Assembly (NCBI GenBank): GCA_036986135.1 | Contig: BTQZ01000001.1 | Coordinates: 171,857-235,856, forward strand | From: Anaerolineae bacterium | Lineage (GTDB): Bacteria > Chloroflexota > Anaerolineae > Anaerolineales > E44-bin32 | Reading direction: 5' to 3' | DNA: 64,000 bases | Part shown: positions 27,245 through 37,277 of the stretch, in pieces | How positions within the stretch are numbered: position 1 is the stretch's first letter | Layout: the number at the start of each line of letters is the position of its first letter | Made by a program: the position numbers and the translations under genes | The notes under the pieces: model-generated | Database searches by the model: none | Seen by the model: the letters and a program-made list of their open reading frames with translations, nothing else | Told to the model about the DNA's origin: nothing

Positions 27245-27672
27245 ATGAACAAAGGAATCGCGATCGGAACCGTCTTGATCCTGGGGTCGCTGCTCGCCAC
27301 GGTGTGCAATTTGTCATTTGCCGGCGAGCAGGCCGAGCCCGAGGCTCAGGAACCCGCCGCGCGGGCACCACCCGAGCAGGAGGCCGACGAAGCACTTTCC
27401 GAGCCGACCGAGGCTCCCGAAGAGTCAATCGAAGAGCCTCAGGGCACGCCGATCGCGCTTATCCTGGTCACCCACATTCAAATGATCAGTCAGGAACGGG
27501 GTTGGGGCATCGGAGGTCTGGATGGAGATTCTGACCACGTGCTCCTAACCAATGATGGCGGCCAGACTTGGATGGGCGGGCGGTCGCTCGACAAGGCGAC
27601 GCGTTTGCGTTGGTCACCACGACTAACGGCGGCAGAACTTGGAATCTGCTGAAGCCCTCCATCACGTCCTAG
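27245..27672 (+). pseudogene. Truncated and frameshifted BNR/Ycf48-like secreted protein remnant
   Basis: A signal peptide and an acidic linker are followed by one Asp-box, TNDGGQTW. A second Asp-box, TNGGRTW, is in another frame (27601-27672). Only about 2 blades remain. Confidence 0.45.
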
Positions 27673-27761
27673 CTCAAGGCAAGTAATCCAGAAGACCTCG
27701 CTTATACTCAAGGGTCTTTTTGGCCTAAATGGGGCCGGGAAGCTCGCATCGCACATCGATC

Positions 27762-28751
27762 ATGAAGTCAGCGATCTCCGCAAGGAACCTATCCAAGACC
27801 TATATCGTCCACGAGCGGTCGGGCGGTCTGCGCGCCGCGCTGCGCGGAGTTTTCCGCCGCGAGAAAAAGGAAGTGGAGGCGGTTAAATCCATCAGTTTCG
27901 AGATCCAGCCGGGCGAGATCATCGGCTTCCTGGGCCCCAACGGCGCGGGTAAGACGACCACGCTCAAAATGCTTTCTGGTCTGCTGCACCCGACAGGCGG
28001 CCAGGGCTTCGTGTTGGGTTATGAGCCGCACAAGCGTGAAAAAGACTTCCTAAAACAGATCACGCTCGTCACGGGCCAGCGCAACCAATTGGTGTGGGAT
28101 ATCCCGGCTATCGATTCGTTTGAAGTCAATCAAGCCGTCTACGATATCGACCGGGAGCAATTTAGGCGAACGGTCGACGAATATATTGAATTACTTGAGC
28201 TTCAAGAACTCGTGCGGAAGCCAGTGCGACAGCTCTCTCTGGGGGAGCGCATGAAAGTGGAGATTGCGGCAGCCTTGCTCCATCGGCCAAAGGTGCTCTT
28301 CCTCGATGAACCCACCCTCGGCCTGGATGTTCCCATGCAGCGACGCATCCGTAGGTTCATCGCAGATTACAACAAACAGGAAGGCGCCACTGTGCTGCTC
28401 ACCAGCCACTACATGTCGGATGTCCAGGCGCTATGCAAGCGGGTGATCGTGATCCACCAGGGGGAGATCCTCTTCGACGGTCAGCTTTCGCATCTGGTCC
28501 AGCAATTCACCGGCTACAAGGAGATCGTGGTTGAACCCAAGGAACGCGGGATCGACCTCTCTCGCTACGGCGAGATCATGGGTGAGGACGCGGGGCGCGT
28601 GTCTTTTCGAATACCGCGCGAGGAAGTTCCGGCGGTCGCGGCCAAGCTATTGGCGGACATTCCAATGTTTGATCTAAGCGTCGAGGAACCGCCGATCGAG
28701 GATGTGATCGAGCGTGTATTCGCTGGGGGGAACATTGAGACAGCTAGCTAA
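27762..28751 (+). CDS. ABC transporter ATP-binding protein (ABC-2 type)
   Basis: Walker A GPNGAGKTT, signature LSLGERMK and Walker B LFLDEP. Start chosen at MKSAISARNL. Confidence 0.85.
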   Translation: MKSAISARNLSKTYIVHERSGGLRAALRGVFRREKKEVEAVKSISFEIQPGEIIGFLGPNGAGKTTTLKMLSGLLHPTGGQGFVLGYEPHKREKDFLKQITLVTGQRNQLVWDIPAIDSFEVNQAVYDIDREQFRRTVDEYIELLELQELVRKPVRQLSLGERMKVEIAAALLHRPKVLFLDEPTLGLDVPMQRRIRRFIADYNKQEGATVLLTSHYMSDVQALCKRVIVIHQGEILFDGQLSHLVQQFTGYKEIVVEPKERGIDLSRYGEIMGEDAGRVSFRIPREEVPAVAAKLLADIPMFDLSVEEPPIEDVIERVFAGGNIETAS

Positions 28752-29538
28752 CATCCTGGTGGCCGAGTACAAGGTCCGGCTCATGGCGGGCTGGCAATAT
28801 CGATTCCAGCAGAGCCTGGGGCTTATGGGCTTGATGTTTGAGGCCGTCATTTACCTGGTGGTATGGACCACGGTTGCCGAATCCCGGGGTGGCGAGGTCG
28901 GGGGGTTCACGACCGGAGAGCTGGCCGGCTACTACATCGGATGGATGTTCGTGCGGAACATGACCACCGGCTGGAGCCCCCAATGGTTCGAGTACCGGAT
29001 CCGTGAAGGGGAGTTCAACACTGCCCTGCTGCGCCCGATACATCCTTTCTTCCCGGATATCTCGCACATGATGGCCGGCAAGACCACCTGGCTGATCACG
29101 TTGCTGCCCAGTATGGCCATTCTGGCCTGGATCTTCCAGCCGCAAGTAACCTTTGTGGCCTGGTCGCTCATCGCGATGGCCCCGGCGCTGATCCTGGCCT
29201 TTTTGCTCCGGTACACATTGATGTATGTCTGGGCCCTTACCGCGTTTTGGACCACGCGCATAACGGCTCTCTTTGAACTGTATTTCGCGCTCGAATTCTT
29301 TTTCTCTGGCAGGATCGCGCCCCTTGCGCTGCTGCCCGAATGGGCGCAGACGATCGCACGCTATTTGCCCTTTCCCTGGACCTTCGCGTTCCCGCTCGAG
29401 CTAATGTTGGGACGTCTTACACCGAATGAAACGTTGTTCGGCTTTGCGATGCAGGCCCTGTGGCTGACGATTGCAGTGATTGCGGTGCGTGCAATTTGGC
29501 GCCGGGCCGTTAGACATTATTCGGCGGTTGGAGGCTGA
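28714..29538 (+). CDS. ABC-2 family permease
   Basis: Polytopic membrane protein overlapping the ATPase gene. The start is uncertain (GTG 28714 or TTG 28735). Confidence 0.65.
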   Translation: MYSLGGTLRQLANILVAEYKVRLMAGWQYRFQQSLGLMGLMFEAVIYLVVWTTVAESRGGEVGGFTTGELAGYYIGWMFVRNMTTGWSPQWFEYRIREGEFNTALLRPIHPFFPDISHMMAGKTTWLITLLPSMAILAWIFQPQVTFVAWSLIAMAPALILAFLLRYTLMYVWALTAFWTTRITALFELYFALEFFFSGRIAPLALLPEWAQTIARYLPFPWTFAFPLELMLGRLTPNETLFGFAMQALWLTIAVIAVRAIWRRAVRHYSAVGG

Positions 29539-29539
29539 C

Positions 29540-30325
29540 GTGCACTATTTGCGTTTGCTACAGACCTACTACCGGCTGAGCATCCTCAATGAGCTGCAGT
29601 ACCGCGCCAATCTGGTGATGCAGACCTTTAGCTCTCTGGTGCAACTCGGGATCGGCCTGGCCGGGATTGGTCTCGTGTTTTACAACGCCGATTCCCTGGG
29701 TGGGTGGCAACCAGCCGAATTACTGGTGGTGCTCGGCGTATACACCCTGATTGCGGGGATCTCTCGGAGCCTTATCATGCCCAATATGTATGAGCTCATG
29801 GAAGGGATCTACGACGGGAAACTCGACTACACGCTCACGAAACCAGAGGATTCTCAATTGCTGATTAGTATCACGCGCTTTCAGCCCTGGAGGCTGGTGG
29901 ACGTGATCGTGGGCCTGGTCGTGATCGGATTGGCGATCAGCCGCCTGGCAGGCACAATAGGCGCCGGGCAAGCTCTTGTATTTGCCATCCTGCTCTTGTG
30001 TGGTGCGATCATCATCTATTGCTTCTGGGTTGCCATAACCACGCTGACGTTCTGGGTGATTCGGATGTGGGAAGTGTTTGAGATGTTTGAGGCGGCCTAC
30101 CAGGCGGGCCGTTGGCCGGTCGGGATCTACCCCACCTGGCTCCAACTGGGATTGACCTTTATCGTGCCGGTGGCGTTTGCGGTGACCGTCCCGGCGCAAG
30201 CCCTCACCGCTCGATTATCGCTTCCCATTCTTCTGATGGCGCTCTTTGTCACCGCGCTCGCTTTGGGCGCCTCGCGGTGGTTCTGGTTCCGCGGTCTCAA
30301 GAGTTACGCGGGCGCCACGGCGTAG
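29540..30325 (+). CDS. ABC-2 family permease
   Basis: GTG at 29540 with GGAGG 5 nt upstream, beginning immediately after the previous stop. Polytopic membrane protein. Confidence 0.65.
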   Translation: MHYLRLLQTYYRLSILNELQYRANLVMQTFSSLVQLGIGLAGIGLVFYNADSLGGWQPAELLVVLGVYTLIAGISRSLIMPNMYELMEGIYDGKLDYTLTKPEDSQLLISITRFQPWRLVDVIVGLVVIGLAISRLAGTIGAGQALVFAILLLCGAIIIYCFWVAITTLTFWVIRMWEVFEMFEAAYQAGRWPVGIYPTWLQLGLTFIVPVAFAVTVPAQALTARLSLPILLMALFVTALALGASRWFWFRGLKSYAGATA

Positions 30326-30407
30326 ATCCCCAGCGTCCAAGACCTCGTTCAGGCCATCGTGCAACGAGAGTTCCATTCGGCGCTCTCCCACAATGTAGAA
30401 TAGTCTC

Positions 30408-32894
30408 ATGAAGCACAAGTTCCGTGGATTCAAGCGCAGCGCGATTCAGGTGGATTTCAACCTATACCGGACCAATGTCCCGATCCGGGGAGTGTCGGAC
30501 TCGTTCCTGAGCGTCATCGACCTGTGGCCGGAGGGCGTCGAGCGCACGATCGTGTTCGTGCATGGGTACGCGGGAGTAGCAGAAACCTGGGAGCACCAGC
30601 TCAATTACTTCTCGCGAGAAAATCGTGTAATTGCGCCCGACCTGCGCGGGCATGGGCAAAGCGACGCGCCGTATACACGGTACACGATGCCCGAGCTCGT
30701 CGACGACATCCTCAACATCGCCGACACACTCAACCTCCCAGAACGGTTCACACTGGCCGGCCACTCCTTTGGCGGCTCTATCTGTGTGGAGTTCGCCAGA
30801 GCCCACCCGGAGCGACTGGAGAAACTCATCCTGGTGGCAACCGCCGGCGAATATCCGCTGCCTCGGGCGACCTCGCTCCTATCACGCGTTCCAACTGCGG
30901 CCATGATCCCCTTCTGGCGCTATCGCCCGCGTTGGAACGCCGAAGTGCACGTGATGAAGCGGATGTTGCTCAACAACATGAAGCAATGGAACGGCTGGGA
31001 GATGCTGCGTGAGATCTCTACTCCGACCATGGTGATCACCGGCGAACGCGATCGGTACTTCCCGCGCCGGGTCTTTGAAGGCCTCGGGGAAGCGATCCCC
31101 GGCGCGGAAATCGTCGACGTAGGGGCCTCCAAGCACAAGGTGCAGTTGGAGCGGCATGCTGCAGTAAACCGCGCCATCGAGCGTTTCGTTGGAGAGGGGG
31201 ACCGGCGCTTCACCTGGAGAGACCAAGCCGCGAAATCCGGTTCCGTGGCCGAGCGGCCATGGCTAATGAGCTACGATGAGCATGTTCCCCAAACCATACC
31301 GATCCCGCGGCAACCACTGCACAAATTTCTGGAGACGACTGCGGACTGGATGCCGAACCGCACCGCGACCCTGTTCTACGGCTCCCATCTCACCTACAAG
31401 CAGCTCAATCGGCGCGTAAATCAGTTTGCGCACACGCTGCACGGACTCGGTGTCGGCCCCGGAGACAGGGTGATGATCGTGCTGCCCAACATGCCACAAA
31501 TGATCATTGCCTACTATGCGACGTTGAAGATTGGGGCGGTCGTGGTTCTGGCCAATCCGGAGGCCAATGCACAGCAGATTGCGGCCCAACTCCGGCGCGC
31601 AGCGGCCAAAGTCCTGGTGACCCTGACTGATTTCGCCGAACTGGCGCAGGCCGCGGGAGAGGGGCTGAAGGTCGTGCTGACCGACATCCGGCAGGCGGTA
31701 TCGAAACGGGTGTACCAGCAGCTCATGGCGCGTTGGCAATTAGCCGGGCTCGGTCAGGAGGGTGCCAATACGTCTGCGGCGCTCAACATGGAAGAACTGA
31801 TGATGGATGCCTCCCGAGAGGCGCCCGATGTGGAGGTTGCCGGGGAGGATCTTGCCGTTATTTTGTTCACCAGTGGGACGACGGAGGAGCCAAAAGGAGT
31901 GCAGCTCAGCCACGCGAACCTTGTGGCGAATGCCCTTCAACTGCGGCACTGGGTGCCGGACATGGCGACCGGCCGCGAGACCTTTCTTTGTGTGCTCCCG
32001 TTCTCCCACAGCTATGCAATGACCGTTGCCATGAACCTGCCCATCGCGATCGGCGCCACCATGGTGCTGCTGCCGGTCTTCGAATTACAGCAAGTGCTGG
32101 ATCATATCAAGGAGCACAAGCCGACACTGTTTCCGGGCGTTCCTACCATCTATATGGCGCTGAATAATGCCCCAAACGTCCGATCCTACGGCCTTGGGGC
32201 CATCCGCTTCTGCATCAGCGGCGCCGCGCCACTTCCGGTGGAAGTGCAGGAGAAGTTTGAGAAATTAACGAGGGGCCGGCTGGTGGAGGGATACGGATTA
32301 ACGGAAGCCTCGCCTACCACGCACGCCAATCCCTTCGGACCCACGGGGAAGGAGGGCTCTATTGGAGTGCCGCTCCCGAACACGGAGGCCAAGATTGTCG
32401 ATCTGATGTCGAGCGCGGACTTACCGGCCGGCAGCGTCGGCGAGCTGGTCATTAGGGGCCCGCAGGTCATGCAGGGTTATCTAGGGGGCGGTGAAGGTGG
32501 GGAGTCGGTCCTGCGGGACGGTTGGCTCCACACAGGCGACGTGGCCGTTATGGACGCGGATGGTTTTTTCACCATCATCAGCCGAGTACGAGATACGATT
32601 ATGGCGGGTGAGTACAGCGTTTATCCACGAGATGTAGAGGAAGTCCTTTACGAAAATGGAAAGGTTATGGAGGTTGCGGTCGTCGGAGTCACAGCCGAAG
32701 GTGGTGACCAGCGCGTGAAGGCCTTTGTCGTGCCCCGGCCGGGATCGGACCTTACAGAGGACGAGCTTTTGGAAATGTGTAGACGCCGTTTGGAGCCCTA
32801 CGCGGTGCCTTGGGAAATCGAATTTAGGCAGGACCTGCCGAAGTCGTTTGTCGGTAAGGTGCTGAGGCGCATGCTGGTCGAGGACCGTGCCTAG
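30408..32894 (+). CDS. Alpha/beta-hydrolase fused to a long-chain acyl-CoA synthetase (AMP-forming)
   Basis: The N-terminal region of about 270 aa has VFVHGYAG and the nucleophile elbow GHSFGG. The C-terminal region has FTSGTTEEPKG, GYGLTEA, TGD...D and GKVLRR. Confidence 0.85.
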   Translation: MKHKFRGFKRSAIQVDFNLYRTNVPIRGVSDSFLSVIDLWPEGVERTIVFVHGYAGVAETWEHQLNYFSRENRVIAPDLRGHGQSDAPYTRYTMPELVDDILNIADTLNLPERFTLAGHSFGGSICVEFARAHPERLEKLILVATAGEYPLPRATSLLSRVPTAAMIPFWRYRPRWNAEVHVMKRMLLNNMKQWNGWEMLREISTPTMVITGERDRYFPRRVFEGLGEAIPGAEIVDVGASKHKVQLERHAAVNRAIERFVGEGDRRFTWRDQAAKSGSVAERPWLMSYDEHVPQTIPIPRQPLHKFLETTADWMPNRTATLFYGSHLTYKQLNRRVNQFAHTLHGLGVGPGDRVMIVLPNMPQMIIAYYATLKIGAVVVLANPEANAQQIAAQLRRAAAKVLVTLTDFAELAQAAGEGLKVVLTDIRQAVSKRVYQQLMARWQLAGLGQEGANTSAALNMEELMMDASREAPDVEVAGEDLAVILFTSGTTEEPKGVQLSHANLVANALQLRHWVPDMATGRETFLCVLPFSHSYAMTVAMNLPIAIGATMVLLPVFELQQVLDHIKEHKPTLFPGVPTIYMALNNAPNVRSYGLGAIRFCISGAAPLPVEVQEKFEKLTRGRLVEGYGLTEASPTTHANPFGPTGKEGSIGVPLPNTEAKIVDLMSSADLPAGSVGELVIRGPQVMQGYLGGGEGGESVLRDGWLHTGDVAVMDADGFFTIISRVRDTIMAGEYSVYPRDVEEVLYENGKVMEVAVVGVTAEGGDQRVKAFVVPRPGSDLTEDELLEMCRRRLEPYAVPWEIEFRQDLPKSFVGKVLRRMLVEDRA

Positions 32895-32909
32895 AGGAGA
32901 TAGTAAGAA

Positions 32910-33602
32910 ATCAGCAAGCGACGTCTCATTGCCGCGCTGGCGCTTGTGCTGCTGGCGTTGCTCATGATTCAACCTGACTGGCTATTGGGATCGTTGTCCA
33001 AACGCGTGACTTACTCTGTGCGGACAGAGGAGCGCGTCGTGGCTCTCACGATTGACGACGGCCCGGACGCTTCAACAACTCCAGCTATTCTGGATCTACT
33101 CCAGGAATATGGGTCGAAGGCGACTTTCTTCGTGATCACAGAACGTATTCCCGGCAACGAGCGTTTGATGGAGCGGATGATCGAGGAAGGTCACGAGCTT
33201 GGCAATCACATGACCAACGAGGAGCCCAGCATTCGGCTGAGTCGCGAAGGATTCGCGGAAGATCTCATCGCAGCCGATTCAGCTCTGACCAAGTTCGACG
33301 AGATTCGGTGGTTGCGGCCGGGATCCGGTTGGTTTACAGCCAACATGATCGATACGGCGGAGTCGCGCGGATATCGTATGGCGCTCGGTTCGGTCTATCC
33401 ATTCGACCATCTCATCCCTTCCTCCTGGTTCGCCTCGGAATTCATCTTATGGCGGATCCGGCCCGGAGATGTAATTGTGCTGCATGATCACCGGTGGCGC
33501 GGAGAGCGGACCGCCGATACCCTCCGCCGGGTGCTGCCGGAACTGACCGCTCGAGGCTACAAAGTTGTTACGCTCTCGGAACTGGTGGACCTGGCAGAAT
33601 AG
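32910..33602 (+). CDS. Polysaccharide deacetylase (NodB homology domain) with an N-terminal signal anchor
   Basis: Contains ALTIDDGPD. The in-frame stretch SKRRLIAALALVLLALLMI precedes the first canonical start (GTG 32946). ATC at 32910 lies 10 nt after GAGGAG. Confidence 0.7.
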   Translation: MSKRRLIAALALVLLALLMIQPDWLLGSLSKRVTYSVRTEERVVALTIDDGPDASTTPAILDLLQEYGSKATFFVITERIPGNERLMERMIEEGHELGNHMTNEEPSIRLSREGFAEDLIAADSALTKFDEIRWLRPGSGWFTANMIDTAESRGYRMALGSVYPFDHLIPSSWFASEFILWRIRPGDVIVLHDHRWRGERTADTLRRVLPELTARGYKVVTLSELVDLAE

Positions 33603-33631
33603 CTCTCGGGTCGCCCCACGCCATGAGTAAG

Positions 33632-33664
33632 GACGACGGGTCGCATGGCCCGCCGTCTTTTGTT
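33632..33664 (+). terminator. Intrinsic terminator after the deacetylase gene
   Basis: GACGACGGG-N8-CCCGCCGTC (one mismatch) followed by TTTTGTT. Confidence 0.6.
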
Positions 33665-33750
33665 GGTGAACCTGTGGTTCGAATGCGAATTTAAGCCACT
33701 GCCTTCGAAGACGAACCACCCTTACTCTGAGGTGTTACACTCGCGGCCGC

Positions 33751-36105
33751 ATGGACCCCAAAGACCTCCGGACGCTTGAACTTCCCATCGTTCTAGAGCG
33801 GCTTGCGCAACTCACCGACTTCTCTGCCTCGCGCCAGCTTGCGCTGGACCTCGCCCCCACCACGTATGTGGAAATTGCGCATCAGCTGCAGGCCGAGACG
33901 ACCGAGGCGCGCCAATTGCTTGCGGGCGACGGGAAGCTGACGGTAGGTGGAGCGCGGGATGTTCGATCGGAGGTGGAAGCGGCCGGGCGCGGTTCTGTTC
34001 TGGAGCCACAGGAGCTATTGGACATCCAGGCCACGCTGATCTCGGCGCGCACACTCGCCCGTAGATTCAAGAAGGAGGAAGAGACCTATCCTGTTTTAAG
34101 CCGCATCGCGGCCGACCTCAGCGAAGAAACGGAACTCATCGACTCTATTTCTCGCACAGTAGACGATCGTGGCCAGGTGCGGGATGGGGCCTCCAAGAAG
34201 CTCGGTTCCGTCCGGCGAAACTTGCGCAGCGCCCGTGAGCGGGTGACAAAGAAACTAGAGAGTATGGTGAGTGACCCGAAGGTCGTCTCGATGCTTCAAG
34301 AACCGATCGTCACGCAGCGTGAGGGCCGATCGGTGATCCCCCTGAAGGCAGAATTCAAGGGAAAGATGGAAGCAGTAATCCATGATCAATCCACATCCGG
34401 AGCGACCTTGTTTGTCGAGCCCCTGCCGGTTGTCGAGCTAAACAACGAAGTGCGGGAGCTCGAGCTAGAGGAGCGAGCAGAGGTCCGCCGAATCTTAAAG
34501 AAACTGTCGGAAGCGGTTGGTGGCAAGAGCGACGAAGTGGTCGTCACTGTCGAAGCCTTGGCCATACTGGATCTGGCCTTCGCAAAGGCGCGTTACGCGG
34601 AGGCGATCGATGCCACGGAGCCGGCCCTACGCGATCTCGACCATTCAGGATCCCGCCTAAGTCTTGAGCGTGCGCGGCACCCGCTCCTGGATCCGGATAC
34701 CGTGGTGCCTATTGATCTGGTGCTGGAGCGTGAAGTTCAAGCCCTGGTCATCACCGGACCGAACACTGGCGGCAAAACCGTGACCCTCAAAACCGCAGGC
34801 TTGCTAGCAGCCATGGCTCAATGCGGAATGCACGTTCCGGCCGCACCGGGCGCGGAGCTCGGCATGTTCCGGGCCATCTTTGCCGACATTGGAGACGAAC
34901 AATCCCTGGAGCAATCCCTTTCCACCTTTTCTTCCCACATCTCGAACATTGTTCGCATCCTGGGCTCTGCAGACGGAGCCTCGCTTGTATTGCTGGACGA
35001 ATTGGGAGCGGGGACGGATCCAGGAGAGGGAGCCGCGCTGGCTCAGGCACTCCTGGCCGAGTTTGTTGAGCGCGGCGCGGTGACCCTCGTGGCCACGCAC
35101 TTTCCTGAACTGAAACTGTATGCGCACCAAAAAGCTGGAGTGCGCAACGCGAGCGTAGAGTTCGACGTGGAAAGCCTGAGGCCGACCTACCGATTGAGAA
35201 TCGGCTTGCCCGGTCGGTCGAACGCCCTGGCAATCGCAGAACGCCTGGGTCTCGATCCCAGCCTGATTGGTCGGGCCCGCGAGCGGATTTCGCTGGAAGA
35301 TCAGCAAGAGGACAGCCTGCTCGAAGAGATCCGGCATCAGCGCGACGAGGCAGAAGAGGCCCGGAGCTCCGCGCAAGAAGCCAGTGCGGAAGCGAGACTG
35401 CTTCGGGATGAGCTTCGGGAGCGCCTGGATCGTATTGAAGATGAAAGGCTGGAGATCCTGGAAGCCGCACGCCGGCAGGCGATAGCTCAGACCGAAGAGC
35501 TCTCAAAAGAGGTGGACCGCCTCCGGCTGAAATTGGCGGCGGCCGGAGCGGCACTGGATCCGGTCAGCGAAGTCGAGCAGGAGCTCGAAGAAGTAGAGAG
35601 CGCCCTGGAACCCGCCGTCGTCGAGCGGGGCCAGGATGTCGAGCAGTTGGAGGATCTGAAAGTAGGCGACTACGTTCATCTTCGGACCATCGACGCGGAT
35701 GGGGTCGTGACGGCTCTTCAGAGAGGAAAGGTAGAAGTTCAGGTGGGGAGGCTCAGGGTGCAGGCCCGGTTGGCGGAATTGGGACCGCCGACCGAACTCC
35801 CCGTGCGAGACCAGGCGACGAGCGACTCGGTGGGGCTGCGCGTTAGGAACGAAGCCCCGCCGATGGAACTCTATGTGCGAGGACAGACCGTGGAGGAGGC
35901 GCTTGAGGCATTGGAGCGCAGGCTGGACGCCGCCTATCTGGCTGGGATGCCATCGCTTCGAGTAGTGCACGGAAAAGGATCGGGCACGCTGCGGCGCGCC
36001 ATCCGCGAGGAGCTGAGCCGCAGCCCCTATATCTCGTCCTTCCGCCCCGGGGAACCCTCCGAGGGTGGGGAGGGAGTGACGGTGGCGGAATTGGCGGAGA
36101 ACTGA
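33751..36105 (+). CDS. mutS2: Endonuclease MutS2
   Basis: 784 aa with Walker A GPNTGGKT and a C-terminal Smr domain (VVHGKGSGTLR). Confidence 0.9.
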   Translation: MDPKDLRTLELPIVLERLAQLTDFSASRQLALDLAPTTYVEIAHQLQAETTEARQLLAGDGKLTVGGARDVRSEVEAAGRGSVLEPQELLDIQATLISARTLARRFKKEEETYPVLSRIAADLSEETELIDSISRTVDDRGQVRDGASKKLGSVRRNLRSARERVTKKLESMVSDPKVVSMLQEPIVTQREGRSVIPLKAEFKGKMEAVIHDQSTSGATLFVEPLPVVELNNEVRELELEERAEVRRILKKLSEAVGGKSDEVVVTVEALAILDLAFAKARYAEAIDATEPALRDLDHSGSRLSLERARHPLLDPDTVVPIDLVLEREVQALVITGPNTGGKTVTLKTAGLLAAMAQCGMHVPAAPGAELGMFRAIFADIGDEQSLEQSLSTFSSHISNIVRILGSADGASLVLLDELGAGTDPGEGAALAQALLAEFVERGAVTLVATHFPELKLYAHQKAGVRNASVEFDVESLRPTYRLRIGLPGRSNALAIAERLGLDPSLIGRARERISLEDQQEDSLLEEIRHQRDEAEEARSSAQEASAEARLLRDELRERLDRIEDERLEILEAARRQAIAQTEELSKEVDRLRLKLAAAGAALDPVSEVEQELEEVESALEPAVVERGQDVEQLEDLKVGDYVHLRTIDADGVVTALQRGKVEVQVGRLRVQARLAELGPPTELPVRDQATSDSVGLRVRNEAPPMELYVRGQTVEEALEALERRLDAAYLAGMPSLRVVHGKGSGTLRRAIREELSRSPYISSFRPGEPSEGGEGVTVAELAEN

Positions 36106-36160
36106 TCGACCCGAGGGAAATGCAAGCCGGACTTCTTGGAGATAATGTGGAGGAGCGAAA

Positions 36161-36730
36161 TTGAGCGAGGAGATCTCACGTTGCTGGGGCGACGAGGACC
36201 CGCTGATGGCGGACTACCACGACAACGAATGGGGTAGGCCGGAGCACGATGACCAAATGCTTTTCGAGCATCTCGCCTTGGACAGCTTCCAGGCCGGCCT
36301 ATCGTGGCGGACTATACTGAATAAACGCGGGAATTTCCGCAAAGCCTTCGCCAATTTCGATCTCAACCAAGTCGCAAACTTTGGGGAGAAAGATCGGGAG
36401 CGACTGCTGGCTGATGCAGGTATCGTCCGCAACCGCCAGAAGATCGATGCCACGATCAACAACGCCCAGCGCGTACTGGAAATCCAGGTGGAAATGGGGT
36501 CCTTCGACAAGTACATCTGGGGATTCACCGGGCACAAGACCTTGCTCAGCGATCCGGTCAGTGATTGGCGAGAGCTGCCAAGCACCAGCCTCGAGTCCGG
36601 GACTATGGCGGCCGACTTGAAGGCACGCGGGTTCAAATTTGTTGGAAGCACGATCTGCTACGCCTTCATGCAGGCGGTGGGGATGGTGGACGATCACATG
36701 ATCGGGTGTTTTAGATTTCGCGATCGGTGA
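36161..36730 (+). CDS. tag: DNA-3-methyladenine glycosylase I
   Basis: 189 aa with YHDNEWG and FQAGLSW. TTG start with GGAGG upstream. Confidence 0.9.
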   Translation: MSEEISRCWGDEDPLMADYHDNEWGRPEHDDQMLFEHLALDSFQAGLSWRTILNKRGNFRKAFANFDLNQVANFGEKDRERLLADAGIVRNRQKIDATINNAQRVLEIQVEMGSFDKYIWGFTGHKTLLSDPVSDWRELPSTSLESGTMAADLKARGFKFVGSTICYAFMQAVGMVDDHMIGCFRFRDR

Positions 36731-36833
36731 TCTCGGACGTTGGGGGCGCGACTTTACCCCAATGATCTACGTTAACAATATTTGAGGCCTCATTCGGGGG
36801 CCAATATCGGATCCATATTACGGAGAGTGAATA

Positions 36834-37037
36834 GTGAGTGAAGCACGACCAGCGCTTCGTCGCTCGCGCAGCGATAGAGTACTCGGTGGCGTATGCGGCG
36901 GACTGGGAGAGTTCTTCGGGCTCAAGCCCCTCTGGTTCCGCATCGTATTCGTGATCCTGGCCATTCCCGGGGGCCTGCCAGGGCTTATCCCTTATTTCCT
37001 GCTCTGGTTGATCATCCCAAAGGAGGGCTCAGAGTAA
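36834..37037 (+). CDS. PspC-domain membrane protein
   Basis: 67 aa with RSRSDRVLGGVCGGLGEFFG plus a TM helix. Confidence 0.7.
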   Translation: MSEARPALRRSRSDRVLGGVCGGLGEFFGLKPLWFRIVFVILAIPGGLPGLIPYFLLWLIIPKEGSE

Positions 37038-37154
37038 TTCGACCATCACCGATGGGGGCCGCTCGCACTATTCTGCGGTCCCAACCTAAGCAGACTTGGC
37101 GGGTGCGAAACCAGAAGATACGGGAATCAGGATTGGGCGGAATCTTCTGTGCTC

Positions 37155-37182
37155 TTGACATGCCGCCGACTTCGCCTACAAT
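37155..37182 (+). promoter_or_regulatory. Near-consensus sigma70-type promoter for the pyr operon
   Basis: TTGACA (37155-37160), a 16-nt spacer, then TACAAT (37177-37182). Confidence 0.55.
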
Positions 37183-37277
37183 TCTCCGGGTTAACTGATG
37201 GGAGTGGAATCAAGCGCACACACCGCCTGTCCTGAGGCACTGGCCTCTAGGCAGGCGTCTTTCTTTCTCAGCCGACT

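Noticed and set aside
30386-30407. TAGAAT lies 13 nt upstream of the ATG of the hydrolase-synthetase fusion, suggesting a promoter with a very short leader.
   Set aside because: There is no convincing -35 element, and the TG is not correctly spaced for an extended -10. A single hexamer is too weak to call.
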